Source of the DNA: Blastocladiella emersonii ATCC 22665
Taxonomy: Eukaryota; Fungi; Blastocladiomycota
Direction of reading: 5' to 3'
Length of the DNA stretch: 64,000 bases
Assembly (NCBI GenBank): GCA_025594325.1
Contig: JANHCV010000013.1
Location: forward strand, 930,001 to 994,000
Positions 1 to 13,381 of the stretch are shown here, one piece after another (position 1 is the stretch's first letter; every line of letters begins with the position of its first letter). Made by a program: the position numbers and the translations under genes. The notes below the pieces were generated by a model. The model was given only the letters and a program-made list of their open reading frames with translations. It made no database searches and was not told where the DNA came from.

Positions 1-526
1 GCGTAGGCAGGAAACGTTGCGCTGAAGCCATTGCAGCAAGTTAGTTCATCAGTTTGGCATCCTTCGTTTACAGGTCGCCCCCGCACAGGAGCTTCAGTGG
101 CGCTAACCCGGCGAGCGAGGCGGCGAGCGGTGTGGCGTTCGAGATCATGCGATCCTCCGTCACATGATATCGGAACGCGTCTCGCGTTCGAGGCACTCCG
201 GCCGCCACGTAGGGGCAAGATGGGGTCTAGCAGAAACAATAAATTCGGTATTTAGATGTCGTGCAAACTCTTCGTCGTCCAGACTGTCGGGAAGGGCGGG
301 AGAAGGAGGGCGCGCTTGAGCTCCGCCTTGAGAATGTCAAAGGCCGCGATCGTGCCCGCGCCAAGCCTCGATTCCGGTCGATACCGCATCAGATCGTGTA
401 GGTCCGGGTTCGAGTGATCCGTCGTGGCCGCGCTCCGTCGTGGCCGCGCTCGAGTATTCAAACAACTGTCCAAGTGCGCGGGCGTTACGGCCGCCTGGCC
501 ACTTGACCACGCGAAACGGCTTTCCT

Positions 527-1369
527 TCAGCACACCTGTACGCCTGCTCCAAAGCGTTGACGAGCTGACGCAGTCGAGGCAGAGAATCGGCTTGGGGACC
601 AGAGTCCAGCGAAGGTGACGTCGAAAGCAGAAGAAAGCTCACATCGTACGCGACCCTGCGGTGGAATGCCAATCGACTGGTTGACAAACAAGACTGCAAG
701 TGGTTCGGTCGAGCCCGCAGGCACAATCTTGATGACACCAGGTCGATTGCCCATTGTGCGGACGAGTCCACCCAGATCAAGAAACAAGGTCTTGATGAAG
801 GCGGCTTTGGCAATGGGCGCCACGCCAAAGTCGACTGGCGCGTCCCGATCTGCGAGTACTTGACGATGAACCTGCTCGGTTTCAGGAAGCGTCATCAAGT
901 AACCGATCGTGGAAAGCGATCGCTCAAAAGCATTGGAGACGAACTCTCGACCCTGCGTTGGAGGACTGAACGGCGCAAATCGCGGGAGCAGCGGGCCTAG
1001 ACCAAGGTGGGGGGGAATCACCGCTTGAGAGGCTGTTTCAACCTCAACAGTCAACATAGAACGGGAGGTCGTGAGGAATGTCACCTTGACGCCTACCGCG
1101 CGCGTGGGGAAGGGAAGTCTGACGAGGCACACTGTGCCGTTGCAGTGCACTGCAACGGCGCCACGGTAAGGCGCGAGCTCTCTTTGCTGGATTGGCTTGA
1201 CAATCTTGCCCTCAAGGTCGCGAAACACGATCAGGCCCAGCATCATTGAGGAAGCGCCTTGTGTGAGCAAAGCGCTTGCAAAAATCTCCTCTGCCCCCAG
1301 AACGAGGTAAAGCGAACTACTTGCACAAGGAGGGCGCTGCCGATGCCATGACGCCGCGAACCGCGCCAA
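527..1369 (-). CDS. hypothetical protein (280 aa ORF; true start and exon structure uncertain)
   Basis: Long ORF with ordinary amino-acid composition; no motif recognised. Confidence 0.3.
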   Translation of the reverse strand: MARFAASWHRQRPPCASSSLYLVLGAEEIFASALLTQGASSMMLGLIVFRDLEGKIVKPIQQRELAPYRGAVAVHCNGTVCLVRLPFPTRAVGVKVTFLTTSRSMLTVEVETASQAVIPPHLGLGPLLPRFAPFSPPTQGREFVSNAFERSLSTIGYLMTLPETEQVHRQVLADRDAPVDFGVAPIAKAAFIKTLFLDLGGLVRTMGNRPGVIKIVPAGSTEPLAVLFVNQSIGIPPQGRVRCELSSAFDVTFAGLWSPSRFSASTASARQRFGAGVQVC

Positions 1370-2851
1370 GCAGATCCAAGATCAAGATCCGAGTTGATTT
1401 GACGATCGGCTCTGCCGTACGCGGCCGACACCCCATCAGATCATGACCAAGTGCGGGACTGATGGCCACAAAGTGGGTGAAGCAATTTGTATCAATCAGC
1501 CCAAACGCACGCGCTGGGACTGCGGCGAGATCGAATTAAGAGTCACCATCCGCAAGGTCCTCGGGATACATGTACCAAACCACGCGGACAGTATCACAAG
1601 ATGGATCGTGCGCGAAGCGGAGTGATTCAAAGGTCATAGTTCCTTCAAGTTGAACACGGCTCGCCTGAACCACCCAAAAGCAGGCAGCGGACCAATGAGC
1701 AACAACAAGCTTGAGAAGAGAAAAATCCGCTTCCATACGATACACGAATGCCGTTGCGTGATCGAGCTCGGTCCAATAGAAGCCGTGTGCGCGCGCGATA
1801 AGCAGGCCCTCGGAGCATTGCGTCACTGGAAGCCCCAGCTAATGAAGCTCGGACCAGGTTCCGTCCGCATACGAAGTAGGCCAAGGGAGCGACGTGTATG
1901 GAACAGCGCTGGACCAAGTCAAGCGACGACCAGCAAAAGCGTACGCCATCAATTTGATGATGAAAGCGTGAGTTGGAAACGATCCACCTACGCGTGAGGG
2001 AGATGAAATGGGTCAGCGATCCACGCAGCTTGCGTTACGGATGGAACTAAATTCTCAGCTGTAGCTTTAGCGAAGCTGAGTTTCTGTGGGAGCAATTGAA
2101 ACCTATCAGGCACATCAACCTTGCTCTTGTGGTCACATGAGTGGCTCAGTGACCGTTTTCGATTTTCGTCGCGCGACGAGTTCCGTTGTTTTTCGCTTTC
2201 ACTTCATTCCGACTCCTGCAACGTAAATCTGGACTGTGCTTTGCCTAGTCCCCAACAGTTCAAGGCTGTTCACTTCGAGGGGAGCGAGGTCCTGTGCAGC
2301 GGTTCCCGTGCGCAGGCGCGACGAGACGGACCTCGCTCGAAACTGACTGTTCAGCATCACGTGACCTGACATCAATCCTGTCTGGCTGCATTTTCGCGCC
2401 CTCGGAAGCTCTCCCACTCCACGCCTGCTATGATGTGAGAGTGGACAAAACGGATCCGCCATGACGTTCCTGCTACCTACAGCACTCCCCCGCACTCGAG
2501 CATCACAGCTCGCTGGTCCATCAGGCTTCTGGTCTCTTGGGGCGGGCATTTTCCTTCCGCATTTATCTCCATTTAGTGTCGTAAGCCTTTTTCACGATGG
2601 TGAGTGCCAGAGTCATGCTGTAGTCCCGCTCCCCCGAACTATAAATTGTTTAGCGCAGAGGATCGAACTCCGCCAGGGCTCATAACCTGCTATGATGTTA
2701 AGTGGACAAAACGGATCCGCCATGACGTTCCTGCTACCTACAGCAACGCCCGCTCGCTCGCGCTTGCCGCTGCTCGTCGACGCTCTTTGAGACCTCCTGT
2801 GCTGACCAGCCGACGGCTCCGCCTCCTTCGCAGGGCCCCAACGGTCCGCCC

Positions 2852-3508
2852 ATGTTCACGGCCGGTCCCTTGTCGCCCGCCAAGATGGTTCCCGGCGCTG
2901 CGGCCGCGCCCGCTGCGCTCGTCCCGCTCATGGCCGCGTGCACCACCCGCTCGCCGACTTCCACCTTGGCGTCCGTCAACGCGCCGTCGGGCGGCACCAC
3001 GTTGGGCAGCACCACGTCCGGCAGCGCCAGGACGCCGTCGGGACCCGCGGCGTTGGCCGTCGTCCAGGAGCTCGACATCAACCTGCAGGAGTGGGACGAC
3101 GTCGGCAGCGAGTCCGACATGACCGTGGTTCCCGCGTTGTTATCCGCCGTGACCAAGAACAAGAACATCACCAAGATAGTTGTCGACTCGGAGGCCGATG
3201 AGGAGGTCGACGCCGACGAGGAGGAGAGCGAGTGCGAGTTGGGCCCGTCGTCGTTGTCAAGCCGCGCGCGCAAGATGGCCACCAAGGCCAAGGGCCGCGA
3301 CAAGAACAAGACGGTCAAGACCCCGCCGGCCTCGCCCACCAAGCGTACCCGCACGTCGGCCGTCAAGGGCAAGTCCGGCGCTGCCGTCCCTGCCGCCCAA
3401 GACAACGACGAGGCCAACGACGACGACTCGGCGACCCCGCTGGCCTCGCCGACCAAGCGCGCGCGTCGCGGTCCCGCCAAGGGCAAGGGCAAAGACCGCT
3501 CGGCCTGA
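2852..3508 (+). CDS. hypothetical low-complexity acidic/basic protein (218 aa)
   Basis: GC3-rich codon usage typical of host genes; acidic tract (DSEADEEVDADEEESE) and two SPTKR motifs. Confidence 0.5.
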   Translation: MFTAGPLSPAKMVPGAAAAPAALVPLMAACTTRSPTSTLASVNAPSGGTTLGSTTSGSARTPSGPAALAVVQELDINLQEWDDVGSESDMTVVPALLSAVTKNKNITKIVVDSEADEEVDADEEESECELGPSSLSSRARKMATKAKGRDKNKTVKTPPASPTKRTRTSAVKGKSGAAVPAAQDNDEANDDDSATPLASPTKRARRGPAKGKGKDRSA

Positions 3509-6500
3509 TCCTGATCCTGTTCCTTCCTTCGTTTCTTTCGAAAATACTTCCGCTGTCTGATATATTCCAAACTCTTTTTCTTCCAACTGGTTACTACTCG
3601 AATTTGTGAGGTGCTCGTCGACTGGCGAGCTCAAAGAGTTCACCCCTGAACTCTGAGAACGCGTTTCAAAGACGCGTTGCGTGACGCGTCGCGTCGGCGC
3701 TCGCGTTTGTGTTCTCACAACGATGACCCTGAACAAGGTCATTGCCGACTTCGGCGACCCCAAGCTCCCGCATCGTTTTCCTGCCCGGTACCCGTACATG
3801 GTCCTCTCTCAAGCGCGCAGGACCGAGGACATCCTCATCATCCGGTTCAACAGTCGGGTTCTCGTGCAGAAGGCATTACAGCACGTGGCGAAGGACATGG
3901 AGCGACTGTCCGTGCTGAGCAGGATTGAGAATTGATAAACTACTTCACTTTCACCAACTGAAACAGTCTCAAGAAGCCAAGTAAACCTACAGCTGAGACC
4001 CAAGTGTGTGCGCAGCACACACACCTAGTAACACACACCCGGAGTAAATTTGGGTCCTTGATGGTCGGCCCAGTTCACAGCGGAGTGCTCTCCGATTGAG
4101 CGCTCCAGCGAGGTCGCGTCATCAAGGGAGACCGCAACGTCAGGGACACCAAGCTTGCGGAAGGTAAACTAGCGGTACTTCGTGACATCAAAAGAAAACT
4201 GCGGGGGAGAAAACGGCTTGAACTGTGAGCGCCAGTCATCCATGCCGGGACCTCCTGCTTCCATCGGAAATCGCGGATCACAAATTGTGCGGCCAGCTGC
4301 AAATTTGCACTCAATTCTTGGGCCGGGTCGGGTGAGGGTCGAAATCGCATATCAGGATTTCTGGTGAATGCGATACATGAGCGTGATGGGTGAGGTCAGG
4401 GGGATTTTTTGCTGGTGGTCGTGGTGGTTATAGTCGCCCTTGAAGTAAGTTGGACTTTTCATCACAACGGCTCAGTCGATTGCGCTGTTCTCGAAGGTGA
4501 TGGACTGACCGTGCTAAGAGCTACAAAAGAGATAATTAAGCGTTGGGGTGGTTGGAAGCCGGGTGTCAAGAAAAAAATGGCGATCGGATTCTCAACGCTA
4601 ACACACCGCCAGGGTTGATTCAAGAAGCTAACCGAAAGTCGTTCCTGCGCAACGGAGTGAAGGATGTGACTCGCGGAAATATATTTAGCGCTCAGAGGAG
4701 CACGGAAACGATAGACACAGTTTGAATTCATGGGGTCGCAAATCGAGTACAGCATCCAATCCAGAGGGTAAACAGGCTTTCTCCTGGCGGCAAACTGGTC
4801 AACTACCTCTACCTCGGTAGATAAACTTGGTTTCCTGGCCGGGATTGCAGTTTAAAGAGGGCGAAACCTATGTTCGCCTGAAGGGGTTTGCGGCACGCAT
4901 GCTGTTGCGGATTGCGCTCGCGGATCGAGCTTATTAGGTGGACGCCTACTGGCGCGGCAGGCCAAGCGGCCAAAGAAAGTTGATTTTCTTCAATTGTTTG
5001 TACGTGGCCGCATACTGGCCCGATTCGTACAAGTTGACGAGAGCGAGCGAGTGAAGGACCGCTTCCGCTAGCACGAATGGACAACAATTGCCAGCCTCGA
5101 GTAAAGCTGGTGAGCCCTGGTACTTAGCTTGCTCACAATTCAGCGCTTCAGCGAGAGCGCGCGGGACGGTCGCCCAACCAGTGAAGCACGTCCACGGCGC
5201 TGAACCGGCACGTTGCAAATCTTTCCAGACCTGAATGAGGTGCATGCGATCCAGTCGGTGCGATTGAGCGCCTGGAACGCATCAAAGGCCACTTCAGAGA
5301 GTTGCGAATGGTGCTATTCCTTTGCTTGAACACAGGGTCGCGGAACGGCCATGCTCGAGCTGCCTCTGACGCTGGTAGAACATGTAACACCCCGTGATCG
5401 AGCTTCACTATCTGCCACGCGACGATTTTAGAGTTGAAACGCGACGTGAACGTTTCCAGCTTCATGGTAGAGTCATGGATCAGTAGGCGACATTCTGTTC
5501 GTCACTCAAGGGCGGGTCTCCGACTTGGCGAGCGGCCCTATCAACTAGCTGAAGCTACCGGCGGTCAAATCCAAAGCGGACATGACTTCTTCTGATGCGC
5601 TGGGAGCGACAGGCGCGGCTCGTCAGCGGCTGGCGGTGCCTGTGCTACGGGTTCAGCGCGGCGCTCGAATCACGCAAGTAGACATAAACTAGGCGCAATT
5701 TGGAAGAAATCCATGGGTTGAATACATTGCATCAACTGGCATCTACAGCATGCGTAAAACATGCACGGAAGGTGGATGGAGCAAATCAGCGAGCTGTGGC
5801 GAGCGTGTAAACTCCACCGTCCGACGCCACCGCAGGGTCACGTTGGCCGCGTCCGTTCACGCTTGGCCTGCGAGCTCGTTCAGGCGCAAGGTCCCCTTCA
5901 ATCCGCGATGGATGACCTTTGCGGCTGAGTCCAGCCGCATCCGTAACATCCGGCTGTCGTCGCGCAGGCAAGAGAGCCGAAGGCATGAGCTCGCTCTTAG
6001 TATGTTCGTACGACCGTTACACGGTTATCAGACCCGGCTCGCTTCTCGGCCCCAGTTCACGAAGGAAACGGTGGGTGCTCGCTGTGGACACGAATGCGTG
6101 GAATGGGACGGCGAGCTGCGACCCCAGCAACTGTCATGACAAGGGTCTCGTCGCTTCCAAAGCCTAACCAACATCTAAGCTTTGATCGACTCGAGAACAA
6201 AGGGGGGTAACCGCGCGGCCGCGTCACGACCCCAAACGCGCCGTGCTTGCCCAGTTCCTCCCTCCTCCCCTCGCAGTCCTGCTTTTAAGTGCAGCTTGTC
6301 GTTTTTTTTTTAACCGGGCGTTTCAAGGCTAGCGAAACTGAGCGAGAGTCGTGGCACGGCGGGTTGCGAGACGGGGTGCGAGACGCGTCGCGAAAACACG
6401 TGTGCGGTCACCCGCACGTGACACAGCTTGGCTTGGACTTTGCCGCGAGCGCGCGTCGGGGGAGCGAGTGACTCTTCGCCACGCCGCGGTCGGTCCCCGC

Positions 6501-7813
6501 TCTCTCGCTTATCACCACTCGCTGCAATGTATCACCCGTCCACCAAAGAAGCACACTACGATCTCGACGCGCGGCAACCACGCGGCCACCGTCAACAGGT
6601 ACGCGTCACATCCCGCTGCCGCGCCCGCCGCCGCGCGCTTGGCTCCCATCGCGCCGACCGTCGTGTTGCGCTCCCGTGGCGGTGCGCCCGGTGTGGTGCC
6701 CTTCACACTCAGCTCTGGCGCGTCGACGACGCGCTGTGAGACCAGCGGTGTCGTCGCTGCCGCGCGTGCGCACCGTCGTACGCGGGCTCCGCCGCGCTCG
6801 TTCCTCGGGCGCAGCACGGCGCAGCGCAAGGGGACCCCACCGGGCTACCAGCCGCGTGCGCGCTCGTCAAAGGTGCTGACACCTGTGCGGTGCCCATGTA
6901 GCCGCCGGCGCGCGTCCGCCACCAGGGACTCAACATTTGGCGACTCATGGACCTGAGACCATCGAGCCAGCCTCGCTCGCGACGGTACGCCGTCTCCGCG
7001 TGTCTCATGCACTCACGCTGCACGCTCGCGCCAGTAGCGCCGACAGGCTCGCTCAAGCGGTTCGACCGCGGCCACCGCGTGCGTCAAGTCCCAGTCGCAG
7101 GTACGCTTGACACTTCTCGTCGCTGCGCAAGAGTTGGCGCGCGACTGACATGCTCGCTCGCATTGCTCCTCGTAGCCCCTCGTGATCCACTGGTCTCTCG
7201 CTACACTATCGACCCGCCGCCTCTCAACGGATGAACAACTGGCGCGCAGCATCCGCAAGCTGTACGGCGCCGTATTCGAGGCGACTCGGTACGCCCTCGT
7301 CACACGCCGCTCGAGGCGCAGCGCGACTCACATGAGCTCTCGGACCTTTCTTGCTTGTAGCAGCGATCTCTGACGACCATCTCGCCCGGCCGGTTTCTGT
7401 ACTCGGGGTCGTGGCGCGACCTGACCGTGGATCGCAGCAAGTGCGACGCGCACGCGGTTTGGGTCACGGTCGGCGGCTTCGAGTGCGGAGACCTGGTGCT
7501 GGCGACGGCGTCTGCTCTCCGCTCGGGTACCTGCTTGTCGTGCATCGTCGTCGCGCATGGGCCGGGATTCCGACTCGCATGCCGCGCGACCCGCGGCGGT
7601 GGCGACCTGACCTGTATCTGAGATCTCCCTGTACGCAATACACTCGCAAATTTGCACAAAACGCAGTCCCCATCTTGAGAATATGCCATCAATTCGTGCA
7701 CCAATCGGGTTGCTCGCCTCACCAATTGGCCATCAAATCTGCCATCAAGTCGCAGCAGATTGAACGGCAATTGGTTGCAAATTTGCTGTCCTAGCCGAAC
7801 CGCGGGCCGCCGC

Positions 7814-9463
7814 TCAATTTGGTGCAAATTTGCTCAGGTTTAAAATTTGCCTCCAAACCATGTAAATTGGCCGCAAATTCGCAAGGCCCGGATTTGCGAT
7901 GTCGCAGAGAGCAACGCCAAAAAGTACGGGCAGGAGCGAGTACGAGAGATGCTTCTTCGTCTCCAGATAGTCCATGTTGGAGAGTCCGTCTGTAGTTGTT
8001 TCGCGCGTGCACAAGTTGAGCAGCGAGAAATCGTCCGTGGTGTGATCAGGGTACTTAAGCACGGCCGAGCCGTGCAGAAGCAAGTCGAGAAACCCGCATC
8101 GATCAGCGAGCGCGGACGTTTCGACCACATCGAAACGGAGGTCGGGGTTTGCTGCCAGCTCCTCGAGCTGCAGGATGGCGTCGCCAAGGGCGAACGTGAT
8201 CGTTTGCGGCGTTGGATTGCCAGCGGAGAAGGCTGCGCGAAGCGCTCCAACCCAATCTCGGATGTAGAAAAACATGATTGACTTGACGGATAAGCCAACG
8301 TCGTTGACAAAGAATCCCGCGAGCGGCACAGACAATACACCAAGTTTCGTCGATTTGGCGCAGGAGAAGGTCGGATTAGGAGAGGGATGGTCCGAGCCAT
8401 CACTGCTGCAAGAACCGCATGCCGTCATATACTTCAAGTGGCCTCGGTAGCAGGAAGCAAAATAAGCACCATCGTCAACGAGTCGATCAATTTCGCAGCG
8501 CGTGCGAGCGAAGATTGATGCGCCCGATTTATGGAGCGAGTAGTAGAGCGAGGCGTCCTGCGTAAGTCGAAGAAGCATTGAGCGAGCTGCGTCACCATTT
8601 CGAATGTAGCCGTCGTGGACTTTGTCGAGTCGCGGATGGTCGAGCGGGCTGACATTCAGAAGCGCGGCGCGGGCAGCGAGCTGCTCGGCAGAGGACTGCA
8701 TCGTGCTGGACTGATCGAACCACCGTTGCCAACAAGCGCGAGCGGCTTGGAGAGTCGCGTCATCGATAACGCGCACTCGCGAGGAAGTTGACAACCAGTC
8801 AACATTGAGACAAGCGTTCTTTTTTTTTGGAACCCATTGATGTTTTTCTTAACAGTGGTATTGTTGCCTGCACGCAGAATATGCACTGTACGACAGCTGT
8901 TGGCCTTTCTTGGGCAAGCTGCCTTGGCAAAGCTGGCCCAGACTACAGGCGTCGAGAATCACTGGGGGCGTTCGATGTAACTCACTGGGCTTAAGTGGGT
9001 TGTTACTTGTCAGGGGAGCTGCTTGCGTTTGAGACAAGCGTTCATCTGATCGCGCCAGAAAGCGAACAGCCGCCCCTCGAGGTACTCCGAAAACCAGAGC
9101 TGGGCGATAAATGGAGTAAGGTCGGCGCTTTCCGGAAGGCCTGTATCCGTAGCCGGGTCCAGCAGCGCGTGAAGAATGAGAAGCGAGCGAGCAATCGGCT
9201 CCGGTCGGAGGTCGTTGAGCGCGAACGACATGGTCGCGCGCGACCCCTTTCGCTGGGCTTCGCCCACCCTGTGAGCGACCGAGCGCAGGTCGTTGAAGCC
9301 GCAAAGCAAAGCACCAAGTTTGCGGTCGGTAAATACTGGCATCGTGGTAAAGGAATAGGTCCGTTGCGTGCGAGTCGCGGAACGGATCGAAGTGTTCGGA
9401 CGGATCCATGTAAAGCACCGCGGCGCTCGTTTGTGTCGGTATAAACTTCGACGCTGAATCCAT
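7814..9463 (-). CDS. DUF4470-domain protein, multi-exon or frameshifted
   Basis: ORF pieces carry LLCGFNDLRS, SFALNDLRPEPIARSLLILH and RFDVVETSALADRCGFLDLL. These match the GCGDLR / FTLND..P..LARN / FDVI.TSNLAD motifs of fungal DUF4470 proteins, spread over three frames. Confidence 0.55.
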
Positions 9464-9619
9464 TGCAACAAGTTATTCCATCAGTTTGGCACCAGGGTCG
9501 AGTGAAGGGCGTTTCAATCGGAGCGGAGCTCGGCGCCCGACCGCAGCTGACGTTATGGCGTGTGGCGCTGGTCCGGTCACGCCTGTTTCACATGATATTG
9601 AGGCGCGTCTCTCGCACGC

Positions 9620-10554
9620 CGCTCGCACGCCGCTCGCTACGTTCGCGAGGCAGCACCGGTCCTTCGACTAACTCGCTTTCACACCTCCTCCGCGGACTTC
9701 CGAGCTTTCTCACAACCATCAGTCTGCAATCCTGCTCGCTCAACGAAACCGCAGCGCTTGCAGCCGTAGAACTGCCTCCGCCTACGCTTCAATTGCTGGA
9801 CCTAAAGCAGAATCGCATCACCGGTGCTGGGCTCGAGCTGATTGATCTGCCCTCGCCTTCCTACCCAGTTGAGGAGTCTCGACGTTTCGCGCAACTCGCT
9901 GGGGTCCAGCGCAGTGGCTCGCTGGGAGTTTCCCGCCGGCTTGCTCGAACTCAGAATGGAATCTATCAACCTGGACGATCCAAGCACTCGCTGCCTTGCC
10001 AATTCGCTTTCTTGTGGCTTGAAGGCCCTGTACCTGTGCGGCTATCCGATCGAGTCAGCTTCCAATCATTATCCCGGCGCTCCCCGGACCTTTCGACCGG
10101 ATCGACCTTTCCTGTTCAATGCTTGACGAAAACACTGGACTCTTGCTTCTCGATGCTGTTTCACCCGCGCTCATGTCTATCGCGGTGAGCATGTGTGACA
10201 TTGGCGAGAGGTTCCTTGCGCGCCTTTCCGAAATTTCCACGCTTCGCCTCAACCACGGTCGGTACACCAGGCTGCCGTGTCATTGCACGATGCGTTCCGC
10301 AGCTGGAACCCCTGGCGTTTGCCGCAGCATATATTGACGACGAAGCGGTGCAAGCGCTCCTCGCCAACGGACTACCGCCGACTCTTAATCACCTGGACCT
10401 TTTATACAACGACATCACGGATGCAGGTGCACTGCTGCTTGCGCGGGAATTCCAGTGCGGCACGCTTGGTCTCGAGGGAAACGTCTCCATTTCCAGCGAA
10501 GGAAAACTCGCGGTACTCGATGCTGCACGCGACGGCGTGAAAGTGTTGATTTGA
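9620..10554 (+). pseudogene. RNI-like leucine-rich-repeat gene, fragmented paralogue of 47141-48811 and 51294-53007
   Basis: Pieces ISLQSCSLNETAALAAVELPPPTLQLLDLKQNRITGAGL, LRSLDVSRNSLG and LDLLYNDITDAGALLLA...AARDGVKVLI align with the two intact LRR paralogues but lie in several frames. Confidence 0.55.
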
Positions 10555-11560
10555 TACTTGAATTGATGTGAGCCGCTTTGTCGCAGAGTTACTCCGGAGT
10601 CCTGTGTCATAACCCATCAATGGTTTACCCTAAGCGTAAGGCGGACCGGGAGCCTCGTTTCTCGCGAAGCCGCGCCTTCCTTTGGCCAAAAACGGCAGCG
10701 AACGATAGAAACAGCGGCAGCGCAACGGCCGATCGCGCGACTGAGTTGTCAATCACGCTACTGAGAAGCATCAGACCCTCTGGAACTTTCAGTCATTGTT
10801 GACAACAATCGCGACTCGGTCAACTATGAGCAGGCTGCATACCCGTGGAACGCGATGCGGCGCCCCGCTCACCCAGCCACTGCCACAAATATCGGGAACT
10901 GGGGGGCGTGCACCGTACACGCACCGAACAAGTGAGCGTGGAATATACAACGCCGGTGACCTACTAAACTGCGGCACCCCTTGCCTCGACCTGACGCTTT
11001 GTGTTGCAACCCGCAGCCTGCCGAGTCTGCCGCGAACCACCCATTGAAATGTCTGAATCCAAGCCCGACAAGTCGAATCCGGTCCCGACGTCCCGCGCTT
11101 CGACAAGTTCTCCGTGCTCGACCTGTCCGACTTCGCGTTGGTCCTGCTCTACGCCAAGGACCCAGTCACTCTCAAGGCACTTGGTTCCACGTTGCGCGAT
11201 GCGTGCATCCACCACGCTGAGCATTTAAACAAATAAGATAACCGCTGGACGTGTGACGGAGCTGTACCGTAACTCTCAACCGTTCAACATAGAGGGGATC
11301 CGGGCGCTCAACTCGGCGTTTGATTCATCAACTGTAGCTGTCAATACTTTGGCGCTTGCTGCTATTGGCTGATGTGCTCGCCGAACCCATTTTGACGTGA
11401 TCAGCGAAAGCGTTGCAGCAGCCGCGAGAGACACGCGCCGCGAGACGCGACGATCAATCATGTGATGGAGCGTGACGCCTTCGCGAGGCAAACCAAGCAA
11501 GCCACTCTGGCAAATCCGCGCCAAAGTTCGGCTCTCTCGTCCGTTCAAGAGCTAAAAACC

Positions 11561-12901
11561 ATGGAACCTGATGCAGTAGTAAATTCGCACATTGTGCAAC
11601 GGATCCCGATCGAGCTTATCGAGCAAATCCTTGTCCAGGCCGTCCACCTCGACCCGCGCGGCGTTGACCCGCTCCTGCTGCTTCGGGTCGCCCCCGGTCT
11701 ATCTCAGCTCAAGCGCGTTATCCTTCAGCACTCGGTGCATCACCGCATGTGGAGGCTTCTTAACAAGCATGACGAGACATTCCGGGAAACTCTCCTCGAC
11801 CTCCGTAGCACCCTGCGTTTGGAGGAGGACAGCGACGAAGCCACCTTCTATCTCTCTTTGGCATGCGCGAACGGCCGCACCGATCTCTTGGACGAGTGGG
11901 ACGAACTAGAGCTCGAGTTCCCGGACTCCCCGCACCTCATGGACATGGCCTCCGGTCACGGCCACATCAACGTCCTTGATTGGCTTCACGCGCATCAACT
12001 CGAGCAAAACTTTACGGAGGCGGCCATTGATATCGCCGCGATCAACAGACGCCTTGATGTCCTTGATTGGTGGGCCCGTTCCAACATTACCATTGACTAC
12101 TGGAGCCTCGGTGCATTCCAACACGCAGTCGATCACGAGGATGTTGAAGTTATCAATCGCCTTGTCAAGTTGAATTTCGAGTCCACCAGCCACGTCGACG
12201 GGTTCAGTTACAACCCGGTGATGCGCTCTGCGATTGACGACAGACGTCTCAAGGTTCTCACCGAGTGCGCCAAGTCTTTGTTCGACTATGACGATGCTCT
12301 GGACGAGACGGATTGGGCCGAGCTTGTGCGGGACGCTATGGAAAAAAAGGAGCTTGACTTTCTTTTCTGGATTTACCACCGGGTTCCCAAGAAGTACTTT
12401 GACTCTTGCAACGAGCTCGAATACAACTCCGAAACTGATTACGGGGTCAACGCCATTCAAAGTGCCGCTGACTCGGGCGATTACAACTACGACTACAACT
12501 CCGGCCAAGATGACAGCGACTTTGAAGTCGATGACCAGTACATTCCTTACTACCCTCATCAGCAGCAGCTTGCTGCACAACGCGAGCTCTCCTACAACAA
12601 ATTTTGGTTGCACATGCTTGGCTACGCGAGCAAGCACAACTGGTTTGATGTGCTCGACTGGTTCCGCTCCACTGTCCCGCAAGACCAACTCGCCTGCCCG
12701 CTTGGTTGGTCAATTGTAGAGCACGACGACAACAAGGACGCGGCGCTCGCCCGCCTTCAGTGGTGGCGCGACTCGGGCGTCCCGCTCAAGCTCGGACGCA
12801 ACCATGTTCGCTGCGCCAACGATTTTTCGCTCAAGCTTGGGTTCCATCGGATCGCGCAGTGGTGGCGGGACTCGGGTCTTGAGAGTCAGCAGCAAACGTA
12901 A
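11561..12901 (+). CDS. F-box-like N-terminus plus degenerate ankyrin-repeat protein
   Basis: RIPIELIEQIL (F-box-like), MDMASGHGHINVLDW and IDIAAINRRLDVLDWW ankyrin-like repeats; clear paralogue at 62461-63768. Confidence 0.7.
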   Translation: MEPDAVVNSHIVQRIPIELIEQILVQAVHLDPRGVDPLLLLRVAPGLSQLKRVILQHSVHHRMWRLLNKHDETFRETLLDLRSTLRLEEDSDEATFYLSLACANGRTDLLDEWDELELEFPDSPHLMDMASGHGHINVLDWLHAHQLEQNFTEAAIDIAAINRRLDVLDWWARSNITIDYWSLGAFQHAVDHEDVEVINRLVKLNFESTSHVDGFSYNPVMRSAIDDRRLKVLTECAKSLFDYDDALDETDWAELVRDAMEKKELDFLFWIYHRVPKKYFDSCNELEYNSETDYGVNAIQSAADSGDYNYDYNSGQDDSDFEVDDQYIPYYPHQQQLAAQRELSYNKFWLHMLGYASKHNWFDVLDWFRSTVPQDQLACPLGWSIVEHDDNKDAALARLQWWRDSGVPLKLGRNHVRCANDFSLKLGFHRIAQWWRDSGLESQQQT

Positions 12902-13381
12902 CGTGCGGGTTCGCTCGAGTCGGCCCAAGTGTTTTGTCATTCATAGTGAGTATATGAGTTTTTTCAATTAAACGCTTGCTCAAATCGCTTGAGCAGACGC
13001 CTTGGACGTTCTTGATATCGCCTGGACGATCAGCCGTGAAGCGCCTGGGAACCCCAACGCGGCGGGCCACACGTCGGGCGGCTGGAGCGTCCCGGTGTGT
13101 GATCGTGGGCCAGCTACACACGTTCTGGATCTTTCCCACGCTCAAGCTCGCGGTCTGGCTCGGCCGTTTGAACGTCGTTGCGGTCACCGCAAGAAGCTGC
13201 GCCAGGGCGTCCGTCAGGCACATGCAGCGTGTTGGTCCGGCGCCCCTTCCACTGCGAGCGAATCCCGTGTTAGCTTTGTGAACAAGAGTGAGCCGCGTGA
13301 GCCCAAGCATGAGACGCGTCCAATTATTACGATAAATCAGGTGACTGGCGCTTCACGTGCGGCCGGCTCTCACCGCACGCT

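Noticed and set aside
3600-7640. Short ORFs suggesting a decayed transposon or gene
   Set aside because: No recognisable motif, terminal repeat or TSD could be supported by eye.
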